DNA of 59,326 nt from the IMG/VR virus record IMGVR_UViG_3300025133_000114, positions 1 through 59,326 of that record, one strand, 5' to 3'. The notes under the pieces were generated by a model. It saw only the letters and a list, made by a program, of their open reading frames with translations. It was not told where the DNA came from and made no database searches. Shown in pieces: positions 36,548-45,817 of this stretch (the stretch's first letter is position 1; each line of letters opens with the position of its first letter). A program made the position numbers and the translations under genes. This DNA comes from a virus. Lineage: Duplodnaviria > Caudoviricetes.

Positions 36548-37407
36548 CTGGGATCATCCCCGTCGCGGGACAAATGCTCGACTTCCGGATGGAGTGGGCA
36601 GATTGTCTTATGCCACTCGCACCCAATTATACTGCGGTTGAGAGGTCAGTGGTGGAGTGCGCATATGCTGGCTGTGAAACTATCTGGATTGTCGCCAACG
36701 ATGATATGGCTCCTCTCCTCCGACATCGAATTGGAGAATACGTGCAAGATCCGGTGATGTTCGGGAGCCAGCCGGGTCGCAATTCTTCCCTCGCACAGAA
36801 GAGAATCCCTATTTTCTATGTCCCACTTGCCATTAAGGATCACGGTAAGCGGGATTGTTTAGCGTGGTCGGTGGTCCACGGTTCACTGGCGGCATTTCGT
36901 ATCGGCTCCAACCTTTCTAAATGGGCGGCTCCTAATAGATATTATGTGTCCTTTCCTTTCGGAGCTTATAACCCAGAGGTCGTTCGAGCGCATCGTAAGA
37001 TAATTTCAAGCCTAACTCCTTTTGCTCTGTCTCATGAAGACAAAACCGTTGCAGATGGTGGGTACTTGGGCTTTACGTTCGGGAAAGAAGATTTTCTTGA
37101 ATTCCGTCGAGAGATTAGGAAGGGTACGGGCATGTATAGTGCAGAAAACCTGAAGGATGGCAAATATCCCACGACCAAACTACCACTTGAAAAAAGATAT
37201 TCGGCACGCTATTTTGACCTTGCAAAAGTTTTCAGGCACGTTATATTAGAAGAGATAAAGGAAGTTCCTTGGTATTATGCCATAGACAACTGGGACGGGT
37301 ATTGTAACTTTCTAGGCTCGCCAGATAGGCACAAGCTTGAACGTCCACCAAACTATATATTGAACTATAGAGAATGGAATCTCGTGGGGGAAGATGATGA
37401 AAAATAA
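36520..37407 (+). CDS. Sugar-phosphate nucleotidyltransferase-like protein
   Basis: GIIPVAG, L.P, E...AG...I.IV, IDNWDGY; resembles the NTP_transferase fold. Confidence 0.65.
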   Translation: MPANTYFHLAGIIPVAGQMLDFRMEWADCLMPLAPNYTAVERSVVECAYAGCETIWIVANDDMAPLLRHRIGEYVQDPVMFGSQPGRNSSLAQKRIPIFYVPLAIKDHGKRDCLAWSVVHGSLAAFRIGSNLSKWAAPNRYYVSFPFGAYNPEVVRAHRKIISSLTPFALSHEDKTVADGGYLGFTFGKEDFLEFRREIRKGTGMYSAENLKDGKYPTTKLPLEKRYSARYFDLAKVFRHVILEEIKEVPWYYAIDNWDGYCNFLGSPDRHKLERPPNYILNYREWNLVGEDDEK

Positions 37408-40400
37408 CGATGAACGCATTCCTTTTGTTGGCTTACACGCACATAGCGTGGCAGGCTCTATCTTTGATGCGATTGGCTATCCGCAACAGCATATGGACTA
37501 TGCGTATGCAAATGGGTCAAAGGCTTTGGCACTGACTGATCACGGCAACATGAATGGGCTTGCCCATCAAGTCTTGCACGCAAAGAAGATGCAGGGTGAG
37601 GGGAAAGAGTTTAAGCCCATTTTTGGGATCGAGGCGTATTTTATTCCTTCGACCAAGGATTGGAAGGGTGAGTATGACCGCGTAAAGACAGAGAAAAAGC
37701 TCAAGAAGGAGAGCGCCAAGGGCGCAATGGTCGAGGATGAAGCAGCTTCTAAGAAGGCTGTCAAGAGCCTACTTAACCGTCGTCGACACCTCATCTTGTT
37801 AGCCCAGAACCAAAAGGGCTTGAACAATTTGTTCAAGATTGTTTCAGAGAGCTACAAGGGCGACCACTATTACCGTTACCCTCGTGTCGACTATGATTTG
37901 CTTTCACGTTATTCCGAGGGCGTCATAGCCGCATCAGCCTGTCTTGGAGGGGTGTATGCGGGGGATTACTGGGAGAATCGGGATGAGGGACCAGAAGCCG
38001 TCCTGAGCGCCATGCGGACCACGACGCAAAGAATGATTAGTATCTTTGGCAAGCGGTGGTATGGAGAACTTCAGTGGAACAACATTCCTGAACAGCACAA
38101 ATTGAACCAGCATATTATTGAAATGCATAAAGAGTTTGGTATTAAGCTGATTTCGACAGCAGATAGCCATTATCCTGGTCCTGATGCCTGGAAAGATAGA
38201 GAGCTATACAAGCGTTTGGGATGGCTGGGCAAACGTCCTGAGTATTTATCCGAGGAACTCCCAAACGAGGAAGACTTGAAGTGCGAACTGTATCCGAAGA
38301 ATGGCGAACAGATGTGGGAGTCTTATCACCGGTACAGTAAACTTCAAGGGGCTGAATATGACGACGATCTCGTTATGGAGTCCCTGAAGGAAACTCATAA
38401 GATTGCTTTTGAACTCATTGAAGACTTCATGCCAGATAACAAGGTGCGTCTCCCTGACTTTGTTGTTCCAGAGGGCGCTACTGCCACACAAGCGTTAGCT
38501 CGTTTGAGCATCGATGCGCTTCGTACAATGGGACTGCACACCGATGAAGAGTATATCGAGAGGCTTAAGGCTGAACTCTATACGATTGATGACCGAGGCT
38601 TCTCAAAATACTTTCTAACTATGAAAGCCATTGTGGATCGAGCCAATAAACTAATGCTCACTGGTCCGGGTCGAGGTTCCGCCGCAGGCTCTTTGGTGGC
38701 TTATGTACTGGGCATCACACAGATCGACCCACTGAAGTACGGGCTTCAGTTTGCTCGGTTCCTTCGAGCGGACGCCACAGACTACCCTGACATCGACTAC
38801 GACGTGGCAGAGCCCATGAGACTGAAGGAGGCTCTGATTGAGGAATGGGGAGACGATACGGTCGTGCCTATCTCTAACTGGAACACCTTGCAGCTTAGAA
38901 GCCTTGTGAAAGATATTTCTAAGTTTTACAACATTCCGTTTTTGGAAGTGAATAAGGTCACCGGAGCTATGATTAGCGAAGCGACCGCACCAGCAAAGAA
39001 AGCTCATGGCATCAAGGCTGGTCTATATGTCCCTACCTTCAAAGAGGTGATGGAATACAGCCCAACTTTGAGAGAGTTCTTGCAGCAGTATCCCCACGTC
39101 AAGACCCACATCGAGGCGCTCCATGGTCAGGTTCGTTCGTGTTCCCGACATGCTGGCGGCGTAGTGATTGCGGAGAACTTAGACCAGTACATGCCGCTTA
39201 TTAACAGCGGCGGCGTTCGGCAAACCCCATGGAGCGAGGGGCAGAACGTGCGCCACCTGGAGCCAATGGGATTTATTAAGTTTGATTTACTGGGGCTCTC
39301 CACTCTTCGTATGATCGAGGGTGCGATTAGGCATATCTTGCGTCGTCACAAGGGCATTGAGGAGCCAACATTCAAAGATGTGAAGCAGTATTATGATGAC
39401 AACTTACACCCCGATGTTATCCGCTTGGACGATCAGCAGGTTTATGAAAACATCTTTCAGAAAGGTAAGTGGGCTGGAATCTTCCAGTTCGCCGAGGATG
39501 GGGCGCAGAATTTGTGCATGATGGCTAAGCCAACAAGCATTATTGACATTGCTGCTGTCACCAGCATCTTCCGACCGGGACCGTTGTCGGCAAAGGTTGA
39601 TCGAAATTATGTCGAGGCGAAGTCGAACCCTCAATACATCCAGTATCCCAACGAGGATTACAGAGAAGTCACTGAAGAAACTTATGGATTCCTAATCTTT
39701 CAGGAGCAGATTTCGGCTCTGGCACACCGCTTGGGCAAGGACTTATCTTTGGATGAAGGTAATATGCTCCGAAAGGTGCTCACGAAGAAGGGGACTGGTA
39801 AGGCAGCTAAAGTTAAGAAGGCGCTCTATACTAAGTTCGTTGACGGATGCACAGAGAAGGGGATGACAACCAGACAGGCGAACGCCTTGTGGGAGAAGTT
39901 TGAGTATTTTTCAGGCTATGGCTTCAATAAGTCACATGCTATTTCCTATTCGATGCTCTCCTTCCAGTGTGCTTGGTTGTTGAACTACTATCCCGAATGT
40001 TGGATGGCTGCGTTTTTGGACAAAGAACCCGAGACTCGTAAGGCTAAGGCTATCACAATAGCCAAGAAGTACGGGTTTAAAATTGCCAAGCTTAATATCA
40101 ACACATCAGGTAACGTTTGGGAAATTTCAGACGATGGCGAGACCCTCATACAGCCTCTGACGGCAATCAAGGGGTTAGGGGAAGCCGCGATTAAGCAGGT
40201 ATTAGACAACCGTCCGTTCGCAAATGTTGAAGAGTTTTTATTCAACGAGAACATAACTTACAGCAAACTGAACAAGAGAGCACTGGATGTGCTTATCCGT
40301 AGCTCCGCGCTTGACCCGTTAAGGGATGAGAGATTCACAGGTGCAAAGCACTTTTGGTCTGCTATCGCGGTGGATAGACCAAGAAAGTTGAAGAATCTTG

Positions 40401-40813
40401 AGCAGAACATTATAACTTATGCACCTGAAGGTGATTTCACCGAGGAAGAAGAGATACAGTTTCTTATTGACCTCACAGGGGAATTTCCTATGGACCGCGT
40501 GATGAGCGATGGCATAAGGGGCAGGCTCGAAAAGATGTGTGTCCCCCCTATCAGCAGGTTTGATAGAGACTTGATGGTGGTGTGGTTTATCCCGAGAAAG
40601 CTTATTAAAAAGAAGACGAGGACGGGAAAAGATTACTGGATCATAGAGGTTACAGATGAGCATAACACAGCTACCAGCATTCGGTGCTGGGGCGTCGACC
40701 CGAAGAGAGATGATGTTGCACTGAACCGCCCCTACATGGCACGCCTCGATTACAGCGAGCAGTGGGGGTTTAGTACACGTTCTTTGCATCGAAGTTTCAA
40801 GGTTCTGGGATAA
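37394..40813 (+). CDS. dnaE: DNA polymerase III alpha subunit (family C)
   Basis: LHAHS, TDHG, GRGSAAGSLVAY.LGIT, PDIDYD, HAGG, KFDLLGL, YGFNKSH. Confidence 0.97.
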   Translation: MMKNNDERIPFVGLHAHSVAGSIFDAIGYPQQHMDYAYANGSKALALTDHGNMNGLAHQVLHAKKMQGEGKEFKPIFGIEAYFIPSTKDWKGEYDRVKTEKKLKKESAKGAMVEDEAASKKAVKSLLNRRRHLILLAQNQKGLNNLFKIVSESYKGDHYYRYPRVDYDLLSRYSEGVIAASACLGGVYAGDYWENRDEGPEAVLSAMRTTTQRMISIFGKRWYGELQWNNIPEQHKLNQHIIEMHKEFGIKLISTADSHYPGPDAWKDRELYKRLGWLGKRPEYLSEELPNEEDLKCELYPKNGEQMWESYHRYSKLQGAEYDDDLVMESLKETHKIAFELIEDFMPDNKVRLPDFVVPEGATATQALARLSIDALRTMGLHTDEEYIERLKAELYTIDDRGFSKYFLTMKAIVDRANKLMLTGPGRGSAAGSLVAYVLGITQIDPLKYGLQFARFLRADATDYPDIDYDVAEPMRLKEALIEEWGDDTVVPISNWNTLQLRSLVKDISKFYNIPFLEVNKVTGAMISEATAPAKKAHGIKAGLYVPTFKEVMEYSPTLREFLQQYPHVKTHIEALHGQVRSCSRHAGGVVIAENLDQYMPLINSGGVRQTPWSEGQNVRHLEPMGFIKFDLLGLSTLRMIEGAIRHILRRHKGIEEPTFKDVKQYYDDNLHPDVIRLDDQQVYENIFQKGKWAGIFQFAEDGAQNLCMMAKPTSIIDIAAVTSIFRPGPLSAKVDRNYVEAKSNPQYIQYPNEDYREVTEETYGFLIFQEQISALAHRLGKDLSLDEGNMLRKVLTKKGTGKAAKVKKALYTKFVDGCTEKGMTTRQANALWEKFEYFSGYGFNKSHAISYSMLSFQCAWLLNYYPECWMAAFLDKEPETRKAKAITIAKKYGFKIAKLNINTSGNVWEISDDGETLIQPLTAIKGLGEAAIKQVLDNRPFANVEEFLFNENITYSKLNKRALDVLIRSSALDPLRDERFTGAKHFWSAIAVDRPRKLKNLEQNIITYAPEGDFTEEEEIQFLIDLTGEFPMDRVMSDGIRGRLEKMCVPPISRFDRDLMVVWFIPRKLIKKKTRTGKDYWIIEVTDEHNTATSIRCWGVDPKRDDVALNRPYMARLDYSEQWGFSTRSLHRSFKVLG

Positions 40814-40817
40814 ATTC

Positions 40818-40846
40818 TTGACAACCCCAGTAACGCATGATATGTT
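40818..40846 (+). promoter_or_regulatory. sigma70-like promoter
   Basis: TTGACA-17-TATGTT with extended TG. Confidence 0.7.
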
Positions 40847-40948
40847 ATAGTGGAAGCAAGAGGCAACCAATGACTGCGTACATAAGTTTCGCTTGTGGGA
40901 ATACGCGGGAGTTATGAAAACTAGTTTATAATGCTGAAAGGAGCAAGA

Positions 40949-41224
40949 ATGATTTTCGATAATAATGAAGTAGCAATTGTGGAAACAGTTCGTGACGAAA
41001 CGGTAGAAAGGATGATCGAGTATATTCGATCTGTAAAGACGATTGAGGAAGCAATGGAGCCCTATAAGGAGCAAAAGCGCGAACTTCGCGAAGAATACAA
41101 GGAGCAGGGCTGGCTCACCAAGGACGAGATTAGTATGGCTGTCAGAGCCTACCGCATGATGAAGAGCGACGTGGACATCCAGCAATTTGTAACTGTTTTC
41201 AACTCGATTAAGGGGGCAAAATAA
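40949..41224 (+). CDS. Small helical protein, possibly dsDNA-binding (GapR/DUF2312/T4 DsbA-like)
   Basis: AAGGAG RBS; YI.....IEE......E....L..E.K..G pattern. Confidence 0.5.
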   Translation: MIFDNNEVAIVETVRDETVERMIEYIRSVKTIEEAMEPYKEQKRELREEYKEQGWLTKDEISMAVRAYRMMKSDVDIQQFVTVFNSIKGAK

Positions 41225-41689
41225 ATGATGATCGAGTATACTCGCGTTCGAGAAAGTGCAAAACCACCAGTCCGTGCCAATCCGAGCGATGCAGGTCTTG
41301 ACGTATTCTTCAGTCCTGACGACGGCGAGGTGGTAGGCTTGGTCATTAAGCCTGGGAGCAGTGCCATTGTGCCTACTGGCTTGAAGTTTGGCGTTCCGCA
41401 CGGCTATATGCTTCAGGTGATGAACCGTTCTGGTATCGCGGCAAAGCGCTCTCTTGTCGTCGGGGCACATGTGGTAGATTCCGGCTACAATGGAGAGGTG
41501 TTTGTAAATCTCCATAACATTGGAGAAGAGTTTCAGGTTGTAAAGCCTTACACGAAGATCGCTCAACTTGTGATGATTCCGGTGGTACCATTTCGGGCTG
41601 TGGAATCGCCAGGTGACGATTTGTATAACTGGTATCCTATCACTATAAGCGACCGTGGTGCTGGAGCACTCGGTTCAACAGGAGATTAA
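41225..41689 (+). CDS. dut: Trimeric dUTPase
   Basis: AGLD, RSG, VDSGYNGE, IAQL, RG.G.LGSTG. Confidence 0.96.
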   Translation: MMIEYTRVRESAKPPVRANPSDAGLDVFFSPDDGEVVGLVIKPGSSAIVPTGLKFGVPHGYMLQVMNRSGIAAKRSLVVGAHVVDSGYNGEVFVNLHNIGEEFQVVKPYTKIAQLVMIPVVPFRAVESPGDDLYNWYPITISDRGAGALGSTGD

Positions 41690-41690
41690 A

Positions 41691-41978
41691 ATGAACAGAG
41701 AACAACGTAGAAAGATGGAAAAAGAAGCCAAACAGCCGGGACAAGAAGAGCTTGCCAGCAAGATTGCCCTCTTTGGTATGATGCCGGATGAATGCCTTAC
41801 TTGTACGAAACCGTTCGACAAGGGGAATAAAGACATGGTGCTAACGTGGAGTGTTGTGGTGCATGGCGAAGAAGAAGTCGTTCGTCTGTACTGCCCAGAA
41901 TGTTGGGACAAGGCTGTCAAGATCGCCGAGGGATTCAGAGAGCATCTAGAAGCAAAGTATGGAGGAGTAGAAGAATGA
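41691..41978 (+). CDS. Hypothetical Zn-binding protein
   Basis: MNREQRR start, CLTC and CPEC. Confidence 0.7.
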   Translation: MNREQRRKMEKEAKQPGQEELASKIALFGMMPDECLTCTKPFDKGNKDMVLTWSVVVHGEEEVVRLYCPECWDKAVKIAEGFREHLEAKYGGVEE

Positions 41979-43012
41979 TTAAAGCTGAATATATTTGGAT
42001 AGATGGCACAGTGCCATCGCCACAGTTGCGTAGCAAGACAAGAGTGGTTGAGGCAGATGACGCCACCGAGGTACTTCGTTCGCCGTGGGGTCTATGGGGT
42101 TTTGACGGATCCTCGACAAATCAAGCCGATGGATCGAGTTCTGACTGTGTGCTAAAGCCAGTTGCCTTTTTTCCGGACCCTTTGAGGGGAGAGCGTGATA
42201 TCTTGGTTTTATGCGAAGTCTTGAATGTAAACATGAGTGTGCATGATAGCAACACAAGGTCTATTTGCGGAGCCATCGACGAAACATACTCGAAAGAGGA
42301 ATGCTGGTTCGGGCTGGAGCAAGAGTATACTCTATTGAAGGATGGTCGACCACTTGGGTTCCCCAAGAGTGGGTACCCAGAACCACAAGGACCGTACTAT
42401 TGCAGCGTAGGAGCCTCTAATGCTCACGGGCGTCAGATTGTGGAGGAGCACTTAGACCTTTGCCTTTCAGCAGGGCTTAAGGTGGGAGGCATTAACGCAG
42501 AGGTAATGCCGGGACAGTGGGAGTTCCAGATTGGTCCCCTTGGACCTCTCGAAGTGTCAGACCAGCTATGGGTGGCAAGATATCTCCTTGAACGAGTGGC
42601 TGAAAAGTATGGAGTGACTGTTTCGCTGGACGGGAAGCCTCTTAAGGGAGATTGGAACGGCGCTGGATGTCATACCAATTTTAGCACTCTTTCGATGCGT
42701 ACCGAACGTGATGTTTATAAACAGGCGGCAGAGGCGCTTGGGGAGAAAGCGCAGCAGCATATTATTAATTATGGGCACGGGATAGAGGAGAGGCTGACTG
42801 GTCAGCACGAAACCTGTTCTCACGAGGAGTTCAGATGGGGAGTCTCAGACCGTGGAGCCTCTGTTCGCATTCCTTGGCAGGTAGCAGTAGACGGGGTGGG
42901 GTATATTGAGGACCGACGACCTAACGCCAACTGCGATCCATATTTGGTTACGAGGATGATAACCGAGACGGTCTGCACTAGGTTAAGAGACCATCAATCT
43001 TCTGGAGCCTGA
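41975..43012 (+). CDS. glnII: Glutamine synthetase type II
   Basis: AEYIWIDG, LRSKT, FDGSSTNQA, G.EQEY, NAEVMPGQWEFQ, WNGAGCHTN, EDRRP. Confidence 0.95.
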   Translation: MIKAEYIWIDGTVPSPQLRSKTRVVEADDATEVLRSPWGLWGFDGSSTNQADGSSSDCVLKPVAFFPDPLRGERDILVLCEVLNVNMSVHDSNTRSICGAIDETYSKEECWFGLEQEYTLLKDGRPLGFPKSGYPEPQGPYYCSVGASNAHGRQIVEEHLDLCLSAGLKVGGINAEVMPGQWEFQIGPLGPLEVSDQLWVARYLLERVAEKYGVTVSLDGKPLKGDWNGAGCHTNFSTLSMRTERDVYKQAAEALGEKAQQHIINYGHGIEERLTGQHETCSHEEFRWGVSDRGASVRIPWQVAVDGVGYIEDRRPNANCDPYLVTRMITETVCTRLRDHQSSGA

Positions 43013-43014
43013 AA

Positions 43015-44052
43015 ATGAGTCGGATTAATGAAGCTGTGAGCTTCGATGACGTGTTACTCGTCCCCCGGTATTCTGAAATTGTGTCGCGGTCTGAAATAGA
43101 AGTTAAACAATGCTTGAAAAATGTGGGGAATTTTTCACTTCCTGTCATTTCGAGCCCGATGGACACGATCACTGGTGTCGATATGGCTATCTCTATGCAT
43201 AAAGCGGGGAGCCTTGGTGTAGTTCATAGGTATAACACCATTAAAGAACAAGTAGACATGGTTTTGAATATTGGCGGGGAGGGAGCCGTTGCTGGGGCGG
43301 CTATTGGAGTAAACGGCGATCTCATAGACAGAGCACAGGCTCTAGTAAAAGACGGTTCTGTTAGTCTTCTGTGCATTGATGTGGCTCACGGTCACCATTC
43401 CAGTGTTAGATATGCGCTGGAAACGCTAAGGAAGACGTTTGGCGATAACATACACATTATGGCGGGGAACGTGGCAACCCGGCAAGCCTTCGATGACCTC
43501 GCAGACTGGGGGGCTGACTCTATTAGGGTGGGAATAGGCGGCGGCTCTATCTGCTCTACCAGAGTTCAAACAGGTCATGGTGTCCCCACGTTTCAGTCGG
43601 TATTAGATTGTGCTATGTCTGATAGAGACACGACCCTTATCGCAGATGGCGGTATACGCAATAGTGGGGACATGGTGAAAGCCTTAGCGGCAGGAGCCGA
43701 CTTTGTTATGGTAGGTTCGCTACTGGCTGGGACAGATGAGGCTCCAGGGGAAGTCTTCAACGTGGGCGGACACCGAGGTGAACAGCGGAAGGTTTATCGA
43801 GGAATGGCAAGCAAGGAAGCTCAAAGTGCTTGGAGAGGCAGGGTATCTTCTATTGAAGGCATATCTCACAGCGTCCCGTGCAGAGGCTTGGTAAAGGAGG
43901 TTTTACATGATTTGGGGGTTGGTATACGCAGCGGCTTATCTTATTCTGGCGCAAGAAGCGTTCCGGAACTTCAAGCAAAAGCACAATTTATCCGCCAGAC
44001 TAGCGCTGGTGCCATCGAAAGTTCCACTCATATCAAGGAAAGATTCAGATGA
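43015..44052 (+). CDS. IMP dehydrogenase / GMP reductase family (no CBS domains)
   Basis: FDDVLL.P, SPMDT, IDVAHGH, GIGGGSICSTR, ADGGI, YRGMAS. Confidence 0.92.
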   Translation: MSRINEAVSFDDVLLVPRYSEIVSRSEIEVKQCLKNVGNFSLPVISSPMDTITGVDMAISMHKAGSLGVVHRYNTIKEQVDMVLNIGGEGAVAGAAIGVNGDLIDRAQALVKDGSVSLLCIDVAHGHHSSVRYALETLRKTFGDNIHIMAGNVATRQAFDDLADWGADSIRVGIGGGSICSTRVQTGHGVPTFQSVLDCAMSDRDTTLIADGGIRNSGDMVKALAAGADFVMVGSLLAGTDEAPGEVFNVGGHRGEQRKVYRGMASKEAQSAWRGRVSSIEGISHSVPCRGLVKEVLHDLGVGIRSGLSYSGARSVPELQAKAQFIRQTSAGAIESSTHIKERFR

Positions 44053-44384
44053 GTGGAATTAAGTATGGTCGGGAGGGCAAGAAGGTTGTTTTTTACGACA
44101 GCGACAAAAGGCACGCAGAATTAAAAATACGACTCAAGCACGACCAACTGACACAAGCCGAGTTTTTTCGTAGCTTGATTACTGGATATCTAGAAAAGGA
44201 TGAGAATATTTTATTTTATTTGGATAAATATGTGTCTGAAAATGGTAAACAAAGTAAAAAGAATCTAGTTAAAAGCAGAAAGTTAACGGAACAAGGAAGA
44301 GAGAACGAGCGAAGATTTGCCTTAAACCAGGATGAGATAGAGAATATCTTTGACCTTTTAGAGGAAGAACATCCAGAACTTTAG
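44049..44384 (+). CDS. Hypothetical protein, possible ribbon-helix-helix DNA binder
   Basis: KKVVFY strand followed by LKIRLK..L.QAEFFR.LI helices. Confidence 0.55.
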   Translation: MSGIKYGREGKKVVFYDSDKRHAELKIRLKHDQLTQAEFFRSLITGYLEKDENILFYLDKYVSENGKQSKKNLVKSRKLTEQGRENERRFALNQDEIENIFDLLEEEHPEL

Positions 44385-44403
44385 GCTATTTGAACTTGGG
44401 CAT

Positions 44404-44411
44404 ACTATTTA
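44404..44411 (+). promoter_or_regulatory. Putative late promoter ACTATTTA
   Basis: Recurrent motif. Confidence 0.65.
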
Positions 44412-44453
44412 TATTTGTAACCATCAAAGGGAACATTAGGAGATTAAAGAGCA

Positions 44454-45041
44454 ATGAGCAAGCTATTAAAAGAGAGGCAAATTCGTCGCATGATGAAACT
44501 CGCCAGCATTGGACCTCTTGCAGAGAACTTCATGACTGAATACGAGGGAGACGTTGCACCGGAAGATGACGAACTGGACTTAGAAGATCCGCCCGTAGAT
44601 GACGCCGCTGCTGGCGCTGGCGAAATCGATGACCTCGCAGCCGAGGATGAGCTTGACGGCGCGGCAGAGCCTGCTGTTCTTGACATTGTTTCCACGATCA
44701 CTGATGCCTTAGCTCACGAGTATGATCTCGACATTGATGTTCAAGGCGATGCCGGCGCTCCTTCCGATGAGGGAGACTTAGAAATTGATGATGTTGACCC
44801 CGAAGTCGATGCCGAAGTCGATGCCGAAGTCGATGCCGATGTTGAGGCTGCTGACGACGACGATGAGTTAGGTGATGTTGAGGTTGTTGACGACGACGAG
44901 GTGATTTCAGAGATTCTCCGTCGGGTGACAAGACGCCTCCGTTCGGCTCTCAAAGAGAGCAAGAAAACAAAAGTGAACCCTAGAGTCCGAAAGAACCCTA
45001 GAGTCCGAAAGAACCGAAGAGTCCGAAAGAACCGAAAATAA
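44454..45041 (+). CDS. Highly acidic late protein with basic repeated C-terminus; possible head core protein
   Basis: D/E-rich body, LLKE leader, (NPRVRK)n tail. Confidence 0.7.
   Translation: MSKLLKERQIRRMMKLASIGPLAENFMTEYEGDVAPEDDELDLEDPPVDDAAAGAGEIDDLAAEDELDGAAEPAVLDIVSTITDALAHEYDLDIDVQGDAGAPSDEGDLEIDDVDPEVDAEVDAEVDADVEAADDDDELGDVEVVDDDEVISEILRRVTRRLRSALKESKKTKVNPRVRKNPRVRKNRRVRKNRK
44975..45037 (+). repeat. 18-nt tandem repeat (about 3.5 copies) encoding N(P/R)RVRK
   Basis: GAACCCTAGAGTCCGAAA x2 plus variants; also 12-nt GAAGTCGATGCC x3 at 44802-44837. Confidence 0.9.
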
Positions 45042-45054
45042 TATAAAATATAAC

Positions 45055-45106
45055 TTGTAAAAGCCGCATAAGGATGTTATAATTCTTATGCGGCTTTTAC
45101 TTTTTT
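45055..45106 (+). terminator. 16-bp terminator hairpin overlapping a sigma70-like promoter
   Basis: GTAAAAGCCGCATAAG/CTTATGCGGCTTTTAC plus T6; TTGTAA-17-TATAAT with the -10 in the loop. Confidence 0.75.
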
Positions 45107-45115
45107 GGATAGGTT

Positions 45116-45499
45116 ATGACATATATTCTTTATTTCCTCTTTTTCGTGCTTGGGGTTACTTTTACTAAGGCATTCGGGTTCCTAACGACCGTCGGCTACT
45201 CGGTGCGGATTCTAAAAGGGGCTGAAATAGTATCACTAAAGCTCGTTGCAGGGCTGGTTGATGATATTAACTTCATAAAAGAATTCAAGTATCGTTCCAT
45301 GAGGGAGCACGATCTGATGCAAGACCACGTTGCTATGGCTAAGGAAATAGACGAGCAAGTGCTGAAATCTTGGAAAGAATCGGTGATAAACAAGATGATT
45401 CAGGTCTATCCAGATAGTTATAGAGAGCGATTAGAGTATGATGACTGGTCGGGAGCTTTAAAGTATCTTGAGAAGCTGGCAAAGCAAAAAAGAATTTGA
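45116..45499 (+). CDS. Hypothetical protein with N-terminal TM segment
   Basis: Hydrophobic N-terminus. Confidence 0.65.
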   Translation: MTYILYFLFFVLGVTFTKAFGFLTTVGYSVRILKGAEIVSLKLVAGLVDDINFIKEFKYRSMREHDLMQDHVAMAKEIDEQVLKSWKESVINKMIQVYPDSYRERLEYDDWSGALKYLEKLAKQKRI

Positions 45500-45523
45500 C
45501 TTCCCGCCAGAGGGGGTTATATT

Positions 45524-45817
45524 ATGGTAAAGGAGGCAGAAGTGGTAGCTTATGTTTGGAAACAGATGCGCGGGGGCAAGAGGTATTCTCTTCAGGTCGA
45601 AGCAAATAAGAGAGGTGTGAGAATCGCCAATAAAATCAGCAAACTTGCCGAGGGTGCCAACTGGCGTTTCTCTGGCGAGAGTCTAGGAGGGTCGAGTACA
45701 GTCATGTTTTTTGATCGGGAATTCGAAACCGAATCGGAACTTAAGAAGTGGGCTACGGAATTTCCTTACAACGTTATTTATGAGGGGACAAATGGCAAGC
45801 AAAGACCTATTGGTTAG
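45524..45817 (+). CDS. Hypothetical protein
   Basis: ORF after TTGACT-16-TATATT; start uncertain. Confidence 0.55.
   Translation: MVKEAEVVAYVWKQMRGGKRYSLQVEANKRGVRIANKISKLAEGANWRFSGESLGGSSTVMFFDREFETESELKKWATEFPYNVIYEGTNGKQRPIG

Noticed and set aside
27293-40813. Inteins or introns in recA, helicase, nrdJ or dnaE
   Set aside because: Lengths are normal, with no intein splice motifs or frame interruptions seen
40319-41566. 415-aa minus-strand ORF and other long antisense ORFs (e.g. 3363-4085, 5067-5786)
   Set aside because: They shadow well-supported plus-strand genes and have no recognisable motifs; all credible genes are on the plus strand
79-45037. Short tandem repeats (79, 26900, 44802, 44975) as CRISPR arrays
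   Set aside because: No spacers; unit lengths are multiples of 3 within coding sequence
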